Positions 34,709 to 47,212 of a DNA stretch of 64,000 nucleotides are shown piece after piece. A program made the position numbers and the translations under genes. The DNA lies in the NCBI GenBank assembly GCA_002269645.1, contig NIVC01002047.1, forward strand, positions 53,941 to 117,940, read 5' to 3'. The DNA is from Macrostomum lignano (taxonomy: Eukaryota). Under the pieces are notes generated by a model. It searched no databases. It saw nothing but the letters and a program-made list of their open reading frames with translations, and was not told where the DNA came from. Position 1 is the first letter of the stretch; every line of letters starts with the position of its first letter.

Positions 34709-37700
34709 TCAAGCAACCGGCATGTCCAGTGCAGATTTCACTTGATCAATCCGACTGCCCAGACTGACAAGTTCCAGTCTACCGAAATTCTTGTCAGTCA
34801 ACAGGCGTCGTTTCACTTCTACAGTGTCCACCTGTTTGTGCACCAGTAGGAGCTGGTGGCACACGCTGCTGAAATCTTCCAGCACGGCGTCGACCTGCAG
34901 AGAGATGTACAGGGCGATTAGTTAAAGGGCGTTTCAAGGAGATCATTGATGACATTAGCACAGGATGATAAATGTACCAGCCGATTCTTTAGGATGTACA
35001 GGGCGATCCCTTAAGATGTACAGACCGATTATTAAAGGCGATTCTTTAAGATGTCTACTGTGTACAGGGCGATTCTCTTAACATGTACAGGGCGATTCTC
35101 TTAACATGTACAAGGCGATTCTCTCTAGAGATGTACAGGGCGATTCTCTATAGAGATGTACAGGGCGATTCTCTCTAGAGATGTACAGGGCGATTCTCTA
35201 TAGAGATGTACAGGGCGATTCTCTATAGAGATGTACAGGGCGATTCTCTATAGAGATGTACAGAGCGATTCTAAAGATGTACAGGGCGATTCTCTCTAGA
35301 GATGTACAGGGCGATTCTCTCTAGAGATGTACAGGGCGATTCTCTCTAGAGATGTACAGAGCGATTCTAAAGATGTACAGGGCGATTCTCTCTAGAGATG
35401 TACAGGGCGATTCTCTCTAGAGATGTACAGGGCGATTCTCTCTAGAGATGTACAAGGCGATTCTCTCTAGAGATGTACAGGGCGATTCTCTCTAGAGATG
35501 TACAGGGCGATTCTATCTAAAGATGTACAGGGCGATTCTCTCTAGATTTACAGGGCGATTCTCTCTAAAGATGTACAGGGCGATTCTCTCTAGATTTACA
35601 GGGCGATTCTCTCTAGAGATGTACAGGGCGATTCTCTCTAGAGATGTACAGGGCGATTCTCTCTAGAGATGTACAAGGCGATTCTCTCTAGAGATGTACA
35701 GGGCGATTCTCTCTAGAGATTTACAGGGCGATTCTATCTAAAGATGTACAGGGCGATTCTCTCTAGATTTACAGGGCGATTCTCTCTAAAGATGTACAGG
35801 GCGATTCTCTCTAGAGATGAACAGGGCGATTCTCTCTAGAGATGTACAGAGCGATTCTAAAGATGTACAGGGCGATCCTCTCTACAGATGTACAGAGCGA
35901 TTCTAAAGATGTACAGGGCGATTCTGAATATGTACTGGGCGATTCTCTTTAAAGATGTACAGGACGATTCTCTCAGATGTACAGGGCGATATTAAATCTC
36001 TCAGGTTGATTTTAAAATGTACTAAAATAGAAGCTCATGCATAGGGATTCAATTAAAACTAATAATTTTCGACCCAAACTCAGATTAGCTCACCTCGAAG
36101 TCGAAGCCGCAGCACATGATGCAACTGTAGAGGGTGCAAATTTCCGGGAAAGTTAAATCGACGCCAAACACGCGACACTCCAACGGTTCGGAGTGAAATG
36201 CCTCAAGATAGGCTAGAGAATGCAGAAGAAACTCTTCCAAATCTGGTTGCTTAGCAACTAGATGCTGCCAAAAAGCTCGCGACATGACGGGATTAGCGCC
36301 GGAACCGGCCTGTTTAAAAAACTGCTGCATAGCCGATCGATATTTTTCCGGCTCCGAGTTGAATAGTTCTTGGCCCTTAGCAACCAGAGCGTCCTTAGCA
36401 ACCACGGGAATGCTAGTAGGACAGGTGCGATGCACGCGAATAACTGGCTGCAATTGGCTAGCGGATTCAACAAAGGCCACTGCGGCGGCAGTTTTGGCTG
36501 ATTCCATGGTGTCGCCGTCAGCCTGGCTCAACAGGTGGTTGCCGATGTGCAGCAGGGCCGTGCAGCTGGGCCGGTCGCGACCTTCCGCTACTGTTGGACC
36601 GACGCTTGACGAGGTTACCTGTGCCGTGGTTTGGGGCGAGGAACTGTTGTTAACTAGATAAAGTACAAGGAAGGGTAGAAGGGGTAGAGGAAGGGGGAGA
36701 GGGTGTCAGTTGGAGGGTAACGCCAAGGAACCACAGGGTAAAGAGAGTATCAGTTGGAGGGTAACGCCAAGGAACCAGAGGGTAAAGAGGGTATCAGTTG
36801 GAGGGTAACGCCAAGGAACCAGAGGGTAAAGAGAGTATTAGTTAGGAGGGTAGCGCCAGAGAGGGTATACAGGGTATTAGTTAGGAAGGTGAAGCCAGAG
36901 GGTATAATAGAGGGTTAGGAGGGTAGCGCCAGAGAGGGTATTAGAAGGCAATGACAAGGAACCAGAGTGGATATACTTATAAAGTGCCAGTGCGCTTACC
37001 TTCATGAGGCCATTAAAATGGCAGGTGAGTCTGAACTGGGCGATAGACGGCAACACCTTGGCAATATGAGGGGCCGGATGGCACACAAACAGGCTGTCCA
37101 ACTGTGGCGACAGACTAGTCGCCGACGCCGACCAAGGATCGGCCGACATCACTGGGAAGACGATGCCGCCGCTGCTGCCGACGTCGCCTAGCAGAGATGG
37201 CGGCTGAGCGGCCTCGGCCTCCCAGGCGGTGACGTTGCAAGTTGACACCGGGTCATTGCCGAGCAGCTTCAGCAGGCACTGGGAGACGCCGCGCGCGCGC
37301 ATCTCAAATCGATGTCGACTAGCCGGACCGACCGACATCGACAGCATCGGCGGATGCCGGATCTCATCAGCTTTTTCGGCGTCGGCGTCGGCGGCGGCAG
37401 CTGGCATCTCGACGTCCGCGGTTGGTTTCTCTTCTGTGGCAGCTTCAGCCTTATCAGCAGGCGCATCAGCAGGCGCTGACGATGGCGATGGCTCCGGGTA
37501 GGTGACCATAGCTTGGCTGGGCACAGTTCCTCGCTGCCAGGCGCGTCGAATATCGACAATCCGCGGCGGCGTTTCGGTGTCGATTAGCAAGTTGATAAAT
37601 CGACGACAGGTGTCCAGCCGGGCGGCCAGCTGGTTGCAGCCGCGGCCCTGTACGCCAGCGAATATGCCGCAGACGTACAGGTCGCACAGGACCGTGTAAT

Positions 37701-40700
37701 CCTCGATTTGAGACTCCGTCTGATGCGGGACGGGAGACGCGAAACATATATCGGTGACATCTCTATGGCTGTAAATAGGACGCTCCTACACCCTACATGC
37801 AGGTGCTTTAATTGGGGTTTTGCCATCCTACACACAGGGGGTTGCTACCCTACCTACAGGGGGTTGCTACCCTACCTACAGGGGGTTGCTACTCTACCTA
37901 CAGGGGGTTGCTACCCTACCTACAGGGGTCTGCTACCCTACCTACAGGGGTCTGCTACCCTACCACAGGGGTCTGCTACCCTACCCACAGGTATTTTAAT
38001 TAGGGGGTTGCTACCCTACCTACAGGGGTTGCTACCCTACCTACAGAGGTCTGCTACCGTACCTACAGGGGTTTGCTACTCTACCCACAGGTATTTTAAT
38101 TAGGGGGTTGCTACCCTACCCACAGGTGTTTTGATTGGGTGGTTGCTACCCTACCCACGTGCTTTGATTGGGGGGTTGCTACTCTACCCACAAGGGGATT
38201 GCTACCCTACCCAGAGGTTAATTGGAAGGGGGGGTTGCTACTCTACTCATAGGTGTTTTAATTGAGAGCGGGTTGCTACTGTTCCCAGAGGTGCGTTAAT
38301 CCAGTCAAAGCTACATCTTCATACTCTTCATCGCTAAAACACTAATGACATGAATAAAATTGTAAAACAAAAGCAAACCTTGTTTGCATCTTCAGAGCTG
38401 CCTTCTTTAGCAACTGCGGCAGCTTTCCATGTAGCCACAGTGTCGTTGCCATAGTAACCGCGCAACGCATCGGTGTCTAAATCTCTGGCCAGAGCGAACA
38501 CGTAATGAAAATGAAAGTCCGGCACGCGCTCTCGAACTGCGAACACTACGGCCTGAGCGGGGGGGGAAGAGTGGGCCAGTGTTAAGTAGAATATTAAGGT
38601 CTCTCCTTAACACTTGACTTAATTAAGCCACTTGAATTTCCTATTGACACCAAAGCCATTTGAAGAATTCTCCTTGACACCCAAGCAATTTGAAGAATTC
38701 TCCTTGACACCCAAGCCATTTGAAGAATTCACCTGGACATCTAGACCACTTGAAGAATTCACGTTTCACGTTGACACCTAAGCTACACTTGAAGAATTCC
38801 CCTTGACAGCTAAGCTACACTTGAAGAAGTCTCATTGACAGCTAAGCTACACTTGAAGAATTCCCATTGACACCTAAGCTACACTTGAAGAATTCCCATT
38901 GACACCTAAGCTACACTTGAAGAAGTCTCATTGACAGCTAAGCTACACTTGAAGAAGTCCCTTGACACCTAAGCTACACTTGAAGAAGTCCCTTGACACC
39001 TAAGCTACACTTGAAGAATTCCCCTTGACACCTAAGCTACACTTGAAGAAGTCTCATTGACACCTAAGCTACACTTGAAGAAGTCTCATTGACACCTAAG
39101 CTACACTTGAAGAATTCCCATTGACAGCTAAGCTACACTTGAAGAATTCCCATTGACACCTAAGCTACACTTGAAGAAGTCTCATTGACACCTAAGCTAC
39201 ACTTGAAGAATTCCCATTGACACCTAAGCTACACTTGAAGAAGTCTCATTGACAGCTAAGCTACACTTGAAGAAGTCCCCTTGACAGCTAAGCTACACTT
39301 GAAGAATTCCCATTGACACCTAAGCTACACTTGAAGAAGTCCCCTTGACACCTAAGCTACACTTGAAGAATTCCCATTGACACCTAAGCTACACTTGAAG
39401 AAGTCTCATTGACAGCTAAGCTACACTTGAAGAATTCCCATTGACACCTAAGCTACACTTGAAGAAGTCCCTTGACACCTAAGCTACACTTGAAGAATTC
39501 CCATTGACACCCAAGCAATTTGAAGAATTCTCCTTGACACCCAAGCCATTTGAAGAATTCACCTGGACATCTAGACCACTTGAAGAATTCACGTTTCACG
39601 TTGACACCTAAGCTACACTTGAAGAATTCCCCTTGACAGCTAAGCTACACTTGAAGAATTCCTATTGACAGCTAAGCTACACTTGAAGAATTCCCCTTGA
39701 CACCTAAGCTACACTTGAAGAAGTCTCATTGACACCTAAGCTACACTTGAAGAATTCCCATTGACACCTAAGCTACACTTGAAGAAGTCTCATTGACACC
39801 TAAGCTACACTTGAAGAAGTCTCATTGACACCTAAGCTACACTTGAAGAAGTCTCATTGACACCTAAGCTACACTTGAAGAAGTCTCATTGACACCTAAG
39901 CTACACTTGAAGAAGTCCCTTTGACACCCAAGCCACTAGAAGAATTTCCCTAGATACTTAAGCCACCAAAAGAATACCTTAAGCTTACCTGCACATGCAT
40001 CTTCTTTCTATCAATGTCAGCACAAACTTCACGCAGCACCTTCTGCGCATCAAGGATAACGTCGATAATCGGACGACTCAACGAAGGCGGCTGTTGTTGC
40101 CATCGCCTTCTGTACTTATCCGGCTTCATTCCCGCCATTAGCGGGACAATGCCGCCGACAGGTTTCTGCAACTGTTGCTGTTGCTGACGTCCACCGCCGC
40201 CGCCACCGCCGCCGCGAATTGGTTTATTAACCCGGCCAGTGGCAAACATCAATGGCTGCGGGAACCCGTAGCTGCCGCCGGCTGCAGCTCGACCGCCGCC
40301 GCCGCCGCGACGCTGCCGATGCTGACCAAAGCTGGTGGAACCGATGGCCAAAGGAGCGGCCGGCCAACCTATTGGCTGCTGCAGCTGGGGCACAACCGGG
40401 GTTGCTAGGAGACTCTGAATATTAATGATATGGAATAGAAGTGGCAATGAATTATTTATTGACGATTATGTTGGATAAGCTCTATACCAGGGACTTGAGC
40501 CCGGTAGCACACACGAGGGAATCGAGCTTGGGACTCGACTATAAGGGGAATTAAGTCTATGAGACCACAAACGCGGAATCGAGTCGAAGACTACATATGG
40601 GAAATCGATTTCGGGACTACAGATGCGGAATCGAATCGAACCTGAGACTACACTCAGATTCCCGAAATCGAGCCTAGGACCACACCTAGATAATTGGAAT

Positions 40701-42180
40701 CGAGCCTAGGACCACACCCAGATACACGGAATCGAGCCTGGAACCACACCTAGATAATCGGAATCGCGCCGGTGACCCCACCCAAATACACGGAATCGAG
40801 CCTAGGACCACACCCAGATAATTGGAATCGAGCCTAGAACCACACCCAGATACCAGGAATCGAGCTTGGGACCACACCAAGATAATCGGAATCGACCCTA
40901 GGACCACACAAAGATAATCGGAATCGAGCCTGGGACCACACTCAGATACCAGGAATCAAGCTTGGGACCACACCAAGATAATCGGAATCGAGCCTAGGAC
41001 CAAACCTAAATAATACAAATCGAGCCTAGGACCACACCCAGATACCCGGAATCGAGCCTAGGACCAAACCTAGATAATCCAAATCGAGCCTAGGACCACA
41101 CCTAGATTCCCGGAATCGAGCCTAGGATCAAACCTAGATAATCCAAATCGAGCCTAGGACCACACCCAGATACCCGGAATCGAGCCTAGGACCAAACCTA
41201 GATAATCCAAATCGAGCCTTTATCAAACATCGACATCAAGTGCCCAAAAATTTATACATAAAAATGTTACCTGCGGCTGTGGCGCAGCAGAACGCCATGC
41301 TCCAACTGGTTGATTTTGATAATAATAGGGCTGCGACTGTCTACTGTACTGCTGCTGCTGCTGACGGTTAGGCTGCCGACAGCTCATCTGCATTAGACTG
41401 GGCACGCCTGGCCCGCCAATGCTTGGCAGTTGTTGATGGTAATGCGGAGGAGCCTGGTGCTGCTGCATATAGGCCGCTGGCGGCTTTGCTGTGTCATTAA
41501 AATCGCTGCCGCCGCCGCCGAAGCTGCTGCCCATCAACGATCCGATAGCTGACGGAGCTGACGGCGGAGGAGCAGCAGCACCGGCGGCAATTGCGCCGGG
41601 TCCATCGGCTGCTGCGGCAGCGGCGCTAAATGCCGATCGGCGTATTGGCGGCATGGCGGCATTGGGATCGTAGCCTTAGATGGGGGCAGAGAACAGATCG
41701 ATTTTAGCATTGTACTTTTGAAGACAGAAGCGACTCACTAAAGTACTTTGGACAACAGGGTAATGACACACTAAAGTACTTTGGACGAGAGGGTAGCTAC
41801 ACACTAAAGTACTTTGGATGAGAGGGTAGCTACACACTAAAGTACTTTGGATGAGAGGGTAGCTACACACTAAAGTACTTTGGACGAGAGGGTAGCTACA
41901 CACTAAAGTTCTTTGGACGAGAGGGTAGCAACATACTAAATTACTTTTGAGAGTTAGCGACATACTAAAGGACTATAGAGGAGAGGGTAGCCACATTCTA
42001 AAGTACTTTCGATAAGGCAGCAACATACATTAAATGGTACATTACATTAAATGGGGGTGATAGCACATACCGTAGGTCATAGGGCTTTTCACTATATCAC
42101 AATATACTGTATATAAAATTAAACAGTTTTAGAAATATAGCCTTACCATAATCTTCTCCAGAGCCTTCTTGGAATGACAT
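34709..42180 (-). CDS. Divergent NKRF-like protein (low-complexity N-terminus, dsRBD-like repeats, degenerate R3H-like C-terminus), 7 exons, ~844 aa
   Basis: Exons with consistent phases: 42147-42180 (MSFQEGSGEDY), 41271-41674, 39989-40414, 38379-38552, 37000-37785, 36094-36618, 34709-34894 (2535 nt, TGA stop). dsRBD-like segments YTVLCDLYVCGIFAGVQGRGCNQLAARLDTCRRFINLL and PSIAQFRLTCHFNGL...CTALLHIGNHLLSQADGDTMESAKTAAAVAFV..LQPVI. C-terminus LLLVHKQ...FGRLELVS resembles NKRF YLVVGRK...VGHYELVM (recalled). The gene model is firmer than the family call. The exon 2 acceptor (AAG) and the exon 6 acceptor are the least certain. Confidence 0.75.
34905..35990. repeat. Minisatellite, 25-bp unit GATGTACAGGGCGATTCTCTCTAGA (NKRF-like intron 6)
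   Basis: About 40 units beginning next to the acceptor at 34895. Confidence 0.95.
36710..36960. repeat. Minisatellite, ~44-bp unit GGAGGGTAACGCCAAGGAACCAGAGGGTAAAGAGAGTATCAGTT (intron 5)
   Basis: Three good units plus degenerate ones. Confidence 0.85.
37830..38290. repeat. Minisatellite, 21-22-bp unit CAGGGG(G)TTGCTACCCTACCTA (intron 4)
   Basis: About 18 units. Confidence 0.9.
38640..39945. repeat. Minisatellite, 32-bp unit GACACCTAAGCTACACTTGAAGAATTCCCATT (intron 3)
   Basis: About 40 units. A degenerate block (CCCAAGCAATTTG...CACGTTTCACG) is duplicated at ~38680 and ~39510. Confidence 0.95.
40500..41220. repeat. Minisatellite, ~32-33-bp unit GGAATCGAGCCTAGGACCACACCCAGATA.. (intron 2)
   Basis: About 21 units. 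Confidence 0.9.
41735..42005. repeat. Minisatellite, 33-bp unit CTACACACTAAAGTACTTTGGA(C/T)GAGAGGGTAG (intron 1)
   Basis: About 8 units. Confidence 0.9.
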
Positions 42181-43240
42181 GTTCAATTTATTTTTCTTTA
42201 GTTAATAAGACAGTATGTAAAAAAGGTTAATTAAAAGTTGCCAATTTATGAATTTCAGAAATTATATTTTGGATTAAGGTAACAAACCTTAACTTTATAT
42301 ATGCAATACAAATTTACAATTAAATTAAAAATTAAAAGATTAAAAAATTATACAAGTATAGTAATAGCCTAGATACTTAAGATTACAATTAACATATTCT
42401 TTAGCATTAAAAGACCACCATGTGAAAAATTTAGAATTAGAAGTTTGACTCATATTGCCATTTGCAGCCTAGTTCTATCTATTATGGTTCAAAAGTTACA
42501 AGTGCATAAAGTTAAAAAAACAATGGGACCTTCTTGTAGAATGACCCGTCTTATTTTTTGCCAATATTTTGCCTTTCATATTTTTGTTTATTATGTCACC
42601 TTAAGCATTTTTATATGATTCTATTGATTAAAGCTAATTGGTAATCAATACTAACACTTTAAGTTTTAAAGCAATAAAAGCAAAAGAAATATTTGTTGAT
42701 AAAAAAATTTCAATTTCATTTTTCTTTAAAAAAGTTAGAAGCACATGCCTATATGGCTATATATTATACATATAACTATAGTTAGGTTAGGCCCAGTTTT
42801 AGATTCTCAAAACATATGACTATTTTAACTTTAGCATTAAGTTACAAATAGCTATATAAAAATTAAAGAAGACAAGTAAATCTAGTATTTAATTAAAAAT
42901 ATTATAATTAAAACATCATTTTTAACTAAAAAGTTTATTTAGAACAAACTTCTTAAATTTTTTATTATCTTAGTAGTCTTACTCTTAGGTAAAGGTTAAA
43001 ATTATTAGTTATTCTATTGTTTTACTAATGATTAAATAAATGATTTAATGTATTGGAAGTTAGATAGGTCTCTATAAATTATAATATTATATAGGCCCCT
43101 AGCTAAGCCTAAGCCTAGCTATTTTTATTTTAGCAATACTTCAAAGTTGTTGATCATTTTGGTTTAATTTTTGTTATGCCACCCTTAAAGACATGGTGGC
43201 CAGGTCTCTAATAGTGACTAAGTCTATACTTAAAGACATA

Positions 43241-43434
43241 GGGCCGTATGCAGAAAGCTCTGTCTAGGGTAGTCCGGTCTTGAAAAGCTAGTCTGGACTT
43301 GGATTTGGTATGCTGAAACACAAAGTTAGACTGGTCTACTATAGACAGAACTAGGGTAGCTAGACCATAGACTATAGACTGAACTACCCAAGTCCGGACT
43401 AGCTAGTCTGGACTAAGCTTTCTGCATACAACCC
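43241..43434. mobile_element. ~194-bp MITE-like element
   Basis: 19-bp imperfect TIR GGG(CC/TT)GTATGCAGAAAGCT, with internal AGTCCGGAC/AGTCTGGAC repeats. TSD not clear. Confidence 0.6.
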
Positions 43435-44021
43435 ATAGCAGCTATGTCTATAATGTAGAAACAACATGCCATGTCAATGAAACTTGCATAGCAGCCATGT
43501 CATTAATATTGAATGGGTTCATACTTAGAGACACAGTGGGTGGCTATGTCGTTAATATTGAATGGATTTGCATTTACAGACACAGTGGGTGGCTATATCT
43601 ATAATATTGGAGCTTATAGGCATGGCTATCATGTATATAATCATTGATATAAAATGCATGTTCTGTAGGCCTCTTTCATAAGCAAATGGTGGCTTAGAGC
43701 ATAAGTTAATTGCCTTGTGATTGCATGAAAAGGTTCAAATCTCAAGTGGTTGGAGTTTTTTTTTTTGAAATTTTTGAAAATTAAATTAAACTAAATTTTT
43801 AAGAATACACTAAATCTTAATGGGGCCATAATTATATGTAGCTACTGAATAAGATTCAATACATACATGCAATTTCAATATATATCAGCCATACTTTGTC
43901 ATGAGTTAAACATTATATAGCCTTACTAAAGCCAATGACATTTATAGTGACCTTCCCTACCTAACAAAGCAACAACTAAACTAAATATAGCCTAATAAGC
44001 TTCTTAGTTCTTAATATTTAG

Positions 44022-45591
44022 TAGGGGTTGGACAGGATCCCGATCCCGAAAACTTGGGATCCCGAAGAAAATCGGGATCCCAATCCCAACAACTTTAATT
44101 TTGGGAATCAGGATAGGCTAATGTCATTTTTGTTTTTTTTCTGCAGAGTAGAAGTTTTTGCCATAGTCATTTTACTAGAGATATTTAAGTGAAACAAATT
44201 GTTTAAACTATCGTTTCAAGCCCCTTGCCAAAGAAGTCAAGCTACTGTTACTTCAATATCATGGCAACACAATATAACGAGGTAAGTCAAATGGTTTATT
44301 CAAGTGCTGACTGTTTTGAGTTAGTACTAGTTTCAGTCAAATTCGTATTTGTTATAGGTAGGCATAGAATTTTTTTGAATAATTAATACAGGTGCATGAA
44401 TGTTAAAGCATTGTTACATTTACATGTTTATACTTTCTACTGTTAGCAATATTGCCAAAATATTCATGGAAATAAAACATTCTATGTCACCATGCACTAC
44501 CACAATTTGTGCTGTTACTTAAATACTTATTACACTTCATTGGATTTAATTTCGTGGCTTTACGGGCTTATTCTTTTCTATTAAATGCTATCTTATCTAG
44601 ACCACTTACTTTCTAGATTGATTATCTAGACAATTTCTGCTACATATACATGTATTTCATTTTGCATAAGCAGTAAATCGAATGTAAAAGTGAGTATTGG
44701 TCATACTAAACTTTGTTTTTCTGCATTTTGATTTTGGAAAATTTCTATTTTGAGTTTGGAAAGTTAACAAATTTTGATTTCGAGGAAACTGCTCTTTTAG
44801 GACATCTCTAATAATCCTAAAGTGTGGGAAAATAATTTGACTCTATTCTAAAGCACGCGTCCGCGGGTTTTCAACATTTATTCCAATAGGGATGATAGGC
44901 ATAGGCCTACTACTAATAAATACTATTGGATTCATTAGTCATCCATATTTTATGGCACAACCACAATACAAAAATTCCAGTATTAGAATTTAGTTTCATT
45001 TAGAATTTTATTTGGTTTGAATTTGATTAGCCTAGGACTGAATTTTTAATTTAAAACATTTTCTATCAATGAAAAAAAATTGTTTAATTTATTAGAGTAT
45101 TGATTACATTAAAAATATTATGAAAAAAGTAACACTTGATTATTGATTTAATTATGAACTTGTAATTTACATTTAATTAGTAATATTATATAAATGTAAA
45201 TTATGCATACATGCACACAAGAAATTTTATAAAAGTTATAATATATATTTTACTGATTGCCTCATTTATGTTGGTCCAGTGGACCAGTTCTATGGGGTAT
45301 GGACTAGTCTAGTAGTTAGTTATTGGACATTGGTATTGGTATTAGTACTAATTCTAATTTCTAACATTCATAACATAAGAATTAGGATACAAATGTATTG
45401 TTTACCTAGGCATATAGTGGGTATACAATATACATGTATGTATGATATGGATAGACTTTGGGTATGGTATTTGTATCCATATGGAATTCATTTGCCCCTA
45501 TCCCAAATCCCGATTCCTGATCCCAATCCCAATTTTTTTTTCAATCCCGATCTTGACTGATCCCGAAAATTTTGATCCCGTCCGACCCCTA
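44022..45591. mobile_element. Non-autonomous hAT element (1570 bp)
   Basis: TIR TAGGGGT(T/C)GGAC(A/G)GGATC. Perfect 8-bp TSD ATATTTAG at 44014-44021 and 45592-45599. Clustered subterminal GATCCCG/AATCCC motifs at both ends. Confidence 0.88.
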
Positions 45592-46046
45592 ATATTTAGG
45601 CTAAATACATAAACAATAAAAACACAATACCCATCATCTCACCTTGAAAACAATAAGGAAGGCTAGTAGGGGGGGGGCTAGCTACCCCTATACCCTTGGC
45701 TTTAATAAGGCTATATAATATTTAACTCATGACAAAGTGCAGCGAATATGTATCAAAAAAAATTTTTTTCTTATTCAGTTGCTACATACATAATTGCAGC
45801 TGCACTTTAAGATTTAGTGTTATTCTTAAAAATAAAAAAGTTCAAAATGCAAAATTTTTGTTCAGTAAAAATTCAAATTAAAAAACTACAATCACTTAGG
45901 AGTCAAACCTTGCTATACAACAATTGACATATTCACTAAGCCACCATTGGCTTGTCAAAGAGCCCTACCGAACACAGATTTTATATTGATGATTATAGGC
46001 ATGCCTATAAGCTTAAATATTTAGACATGGCCACTATGCCTATAAG

Positions 46047-46630
46047 CCAGTGTGTGGATCATATACCCATGTACGCTAGAAAAAATTTGGGCATCAAGGA
46101 CTTTGTATGCCAGTGTATGCCAAAAAACAAAAAGTTGCACTAAAATGTACACCAAAAATTCCTAAAAAAAGGTCATTTGGTTTTCACGAGTAGAGTTTTC
46201 TAAGAAAGGTTTTTGTATGAAAAGTGTTTTTAAAATATTATGAATAATTTCAATTTAAACAAACTTAAATTACACCTACAAAAAGTATCATGCAAAATTA
46301 ATACTCTTAGCAAAAATTTACACTAATTTTATTTATTTTTAATTCAAAAGAAGCAAAAAGTTTATTACTGACGATATAAATTTTCCTTTGCTTTACATAA
46401 AAATGTTAATTTACATTACAATTTTCATGCAGGGCATGAATTTATTCACCAAAATTTGTATGCCAAAAAAGTATGTGTGGCTGTGTTACTTGTGTACGCC
46501 AATAATGTGCGCCAACAAAGTGTGTCAGGGGTTGTGTATACCAATTGTGTACGCCAAGGACTTAGGGTAGCTGTTTTGTATGCCGGAAAAATTCTGGTTC
46601 TGGCATACATGCATACCATCTGCAACCTGG
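46047..46630. mobile_element. Possible hAT-like MITE (584 bp)
   Basis: CCAG...CTGG ends with a weak TIR (9/13). Flanked by CCTATAAG/CTTATAAG, an 8-bp TSD with 1 mismatch. Interrupts the right inverted arm and carries internal TGTATGCC/TGTACGCC repeats. Confidence 0.45.
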
Positions 46631-46900
46631 CTTATAAGTTCCAATATTAGGCTATAGACATGGCCACTGTGCCTATAGTATAAGTTCCAATATTATAGAC
46701 ATAGCTACCATGCCTATAAGTACTCTGTTTTTATTAGTCTAGTCAATTAATATTTTCTCTAAATTTAAATATATGTTTAAGTTACATAAATATAGTAAAT
46801 AGCAAATCTGTATAAAAATTAGCAGGCCTATTTCATTTCATTTTATAGGCCTAACTTTTGAAACTTTGTCTAACTTGAAATATTCCAACTTGTAATGTAA

Positions 46901-47212
46901 TACGGTTAAATTACAAGTCGGAATAATGGTTAGAATATTCTGACTCTTATTCCAACTGATTATTAAATATAATTGCAACTTTGCAAGAGTCTAAATATCA
47001 TTCCGACTCTTATTTTGACTGATTTTTTTACCATGACTGGCTGATACAACATTATAGTAAATAACATATTTGACTCTATATGGCATTTTTTAAAGTCCAG
47101 AAAGACAGTCATATCAATTGATAAATTCTGACTCAATTGCCTATATTTAATAATCAGTCAGTATAAGAGTCAGAATATTCCAACCATTATTCTGACTTTT
47201 AATTTAACCACA
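46901..47212. mobile_element. ~310-bp MITE with ~75-bp TIRs
   Basis: GGTTAAATTA(C/A)AAGTC(G/A)GAATAATGGTT(A/G)GAATATTCTGACTCTTAT... at both ends in opposite orientation. An extra TIR fragment lies at ~47215-47250. Confidence 0.75.

Larger units (their letters stand above)
43560..46720. repeat. Pair of diverged inverted repeat arms (~43560-43935 and ~45705-46720) enclosing younger insertions
   Basis: For example CTTTGTCATGAGTTAAA(C/T)ATTATATAGCCTTA(C/T)TAAAGCC and TTTTAAGAATA(A)CACTAAATCTTAA occur in opposite orientations; roughly 70-75% identity by eye. Confidence 0.7.
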
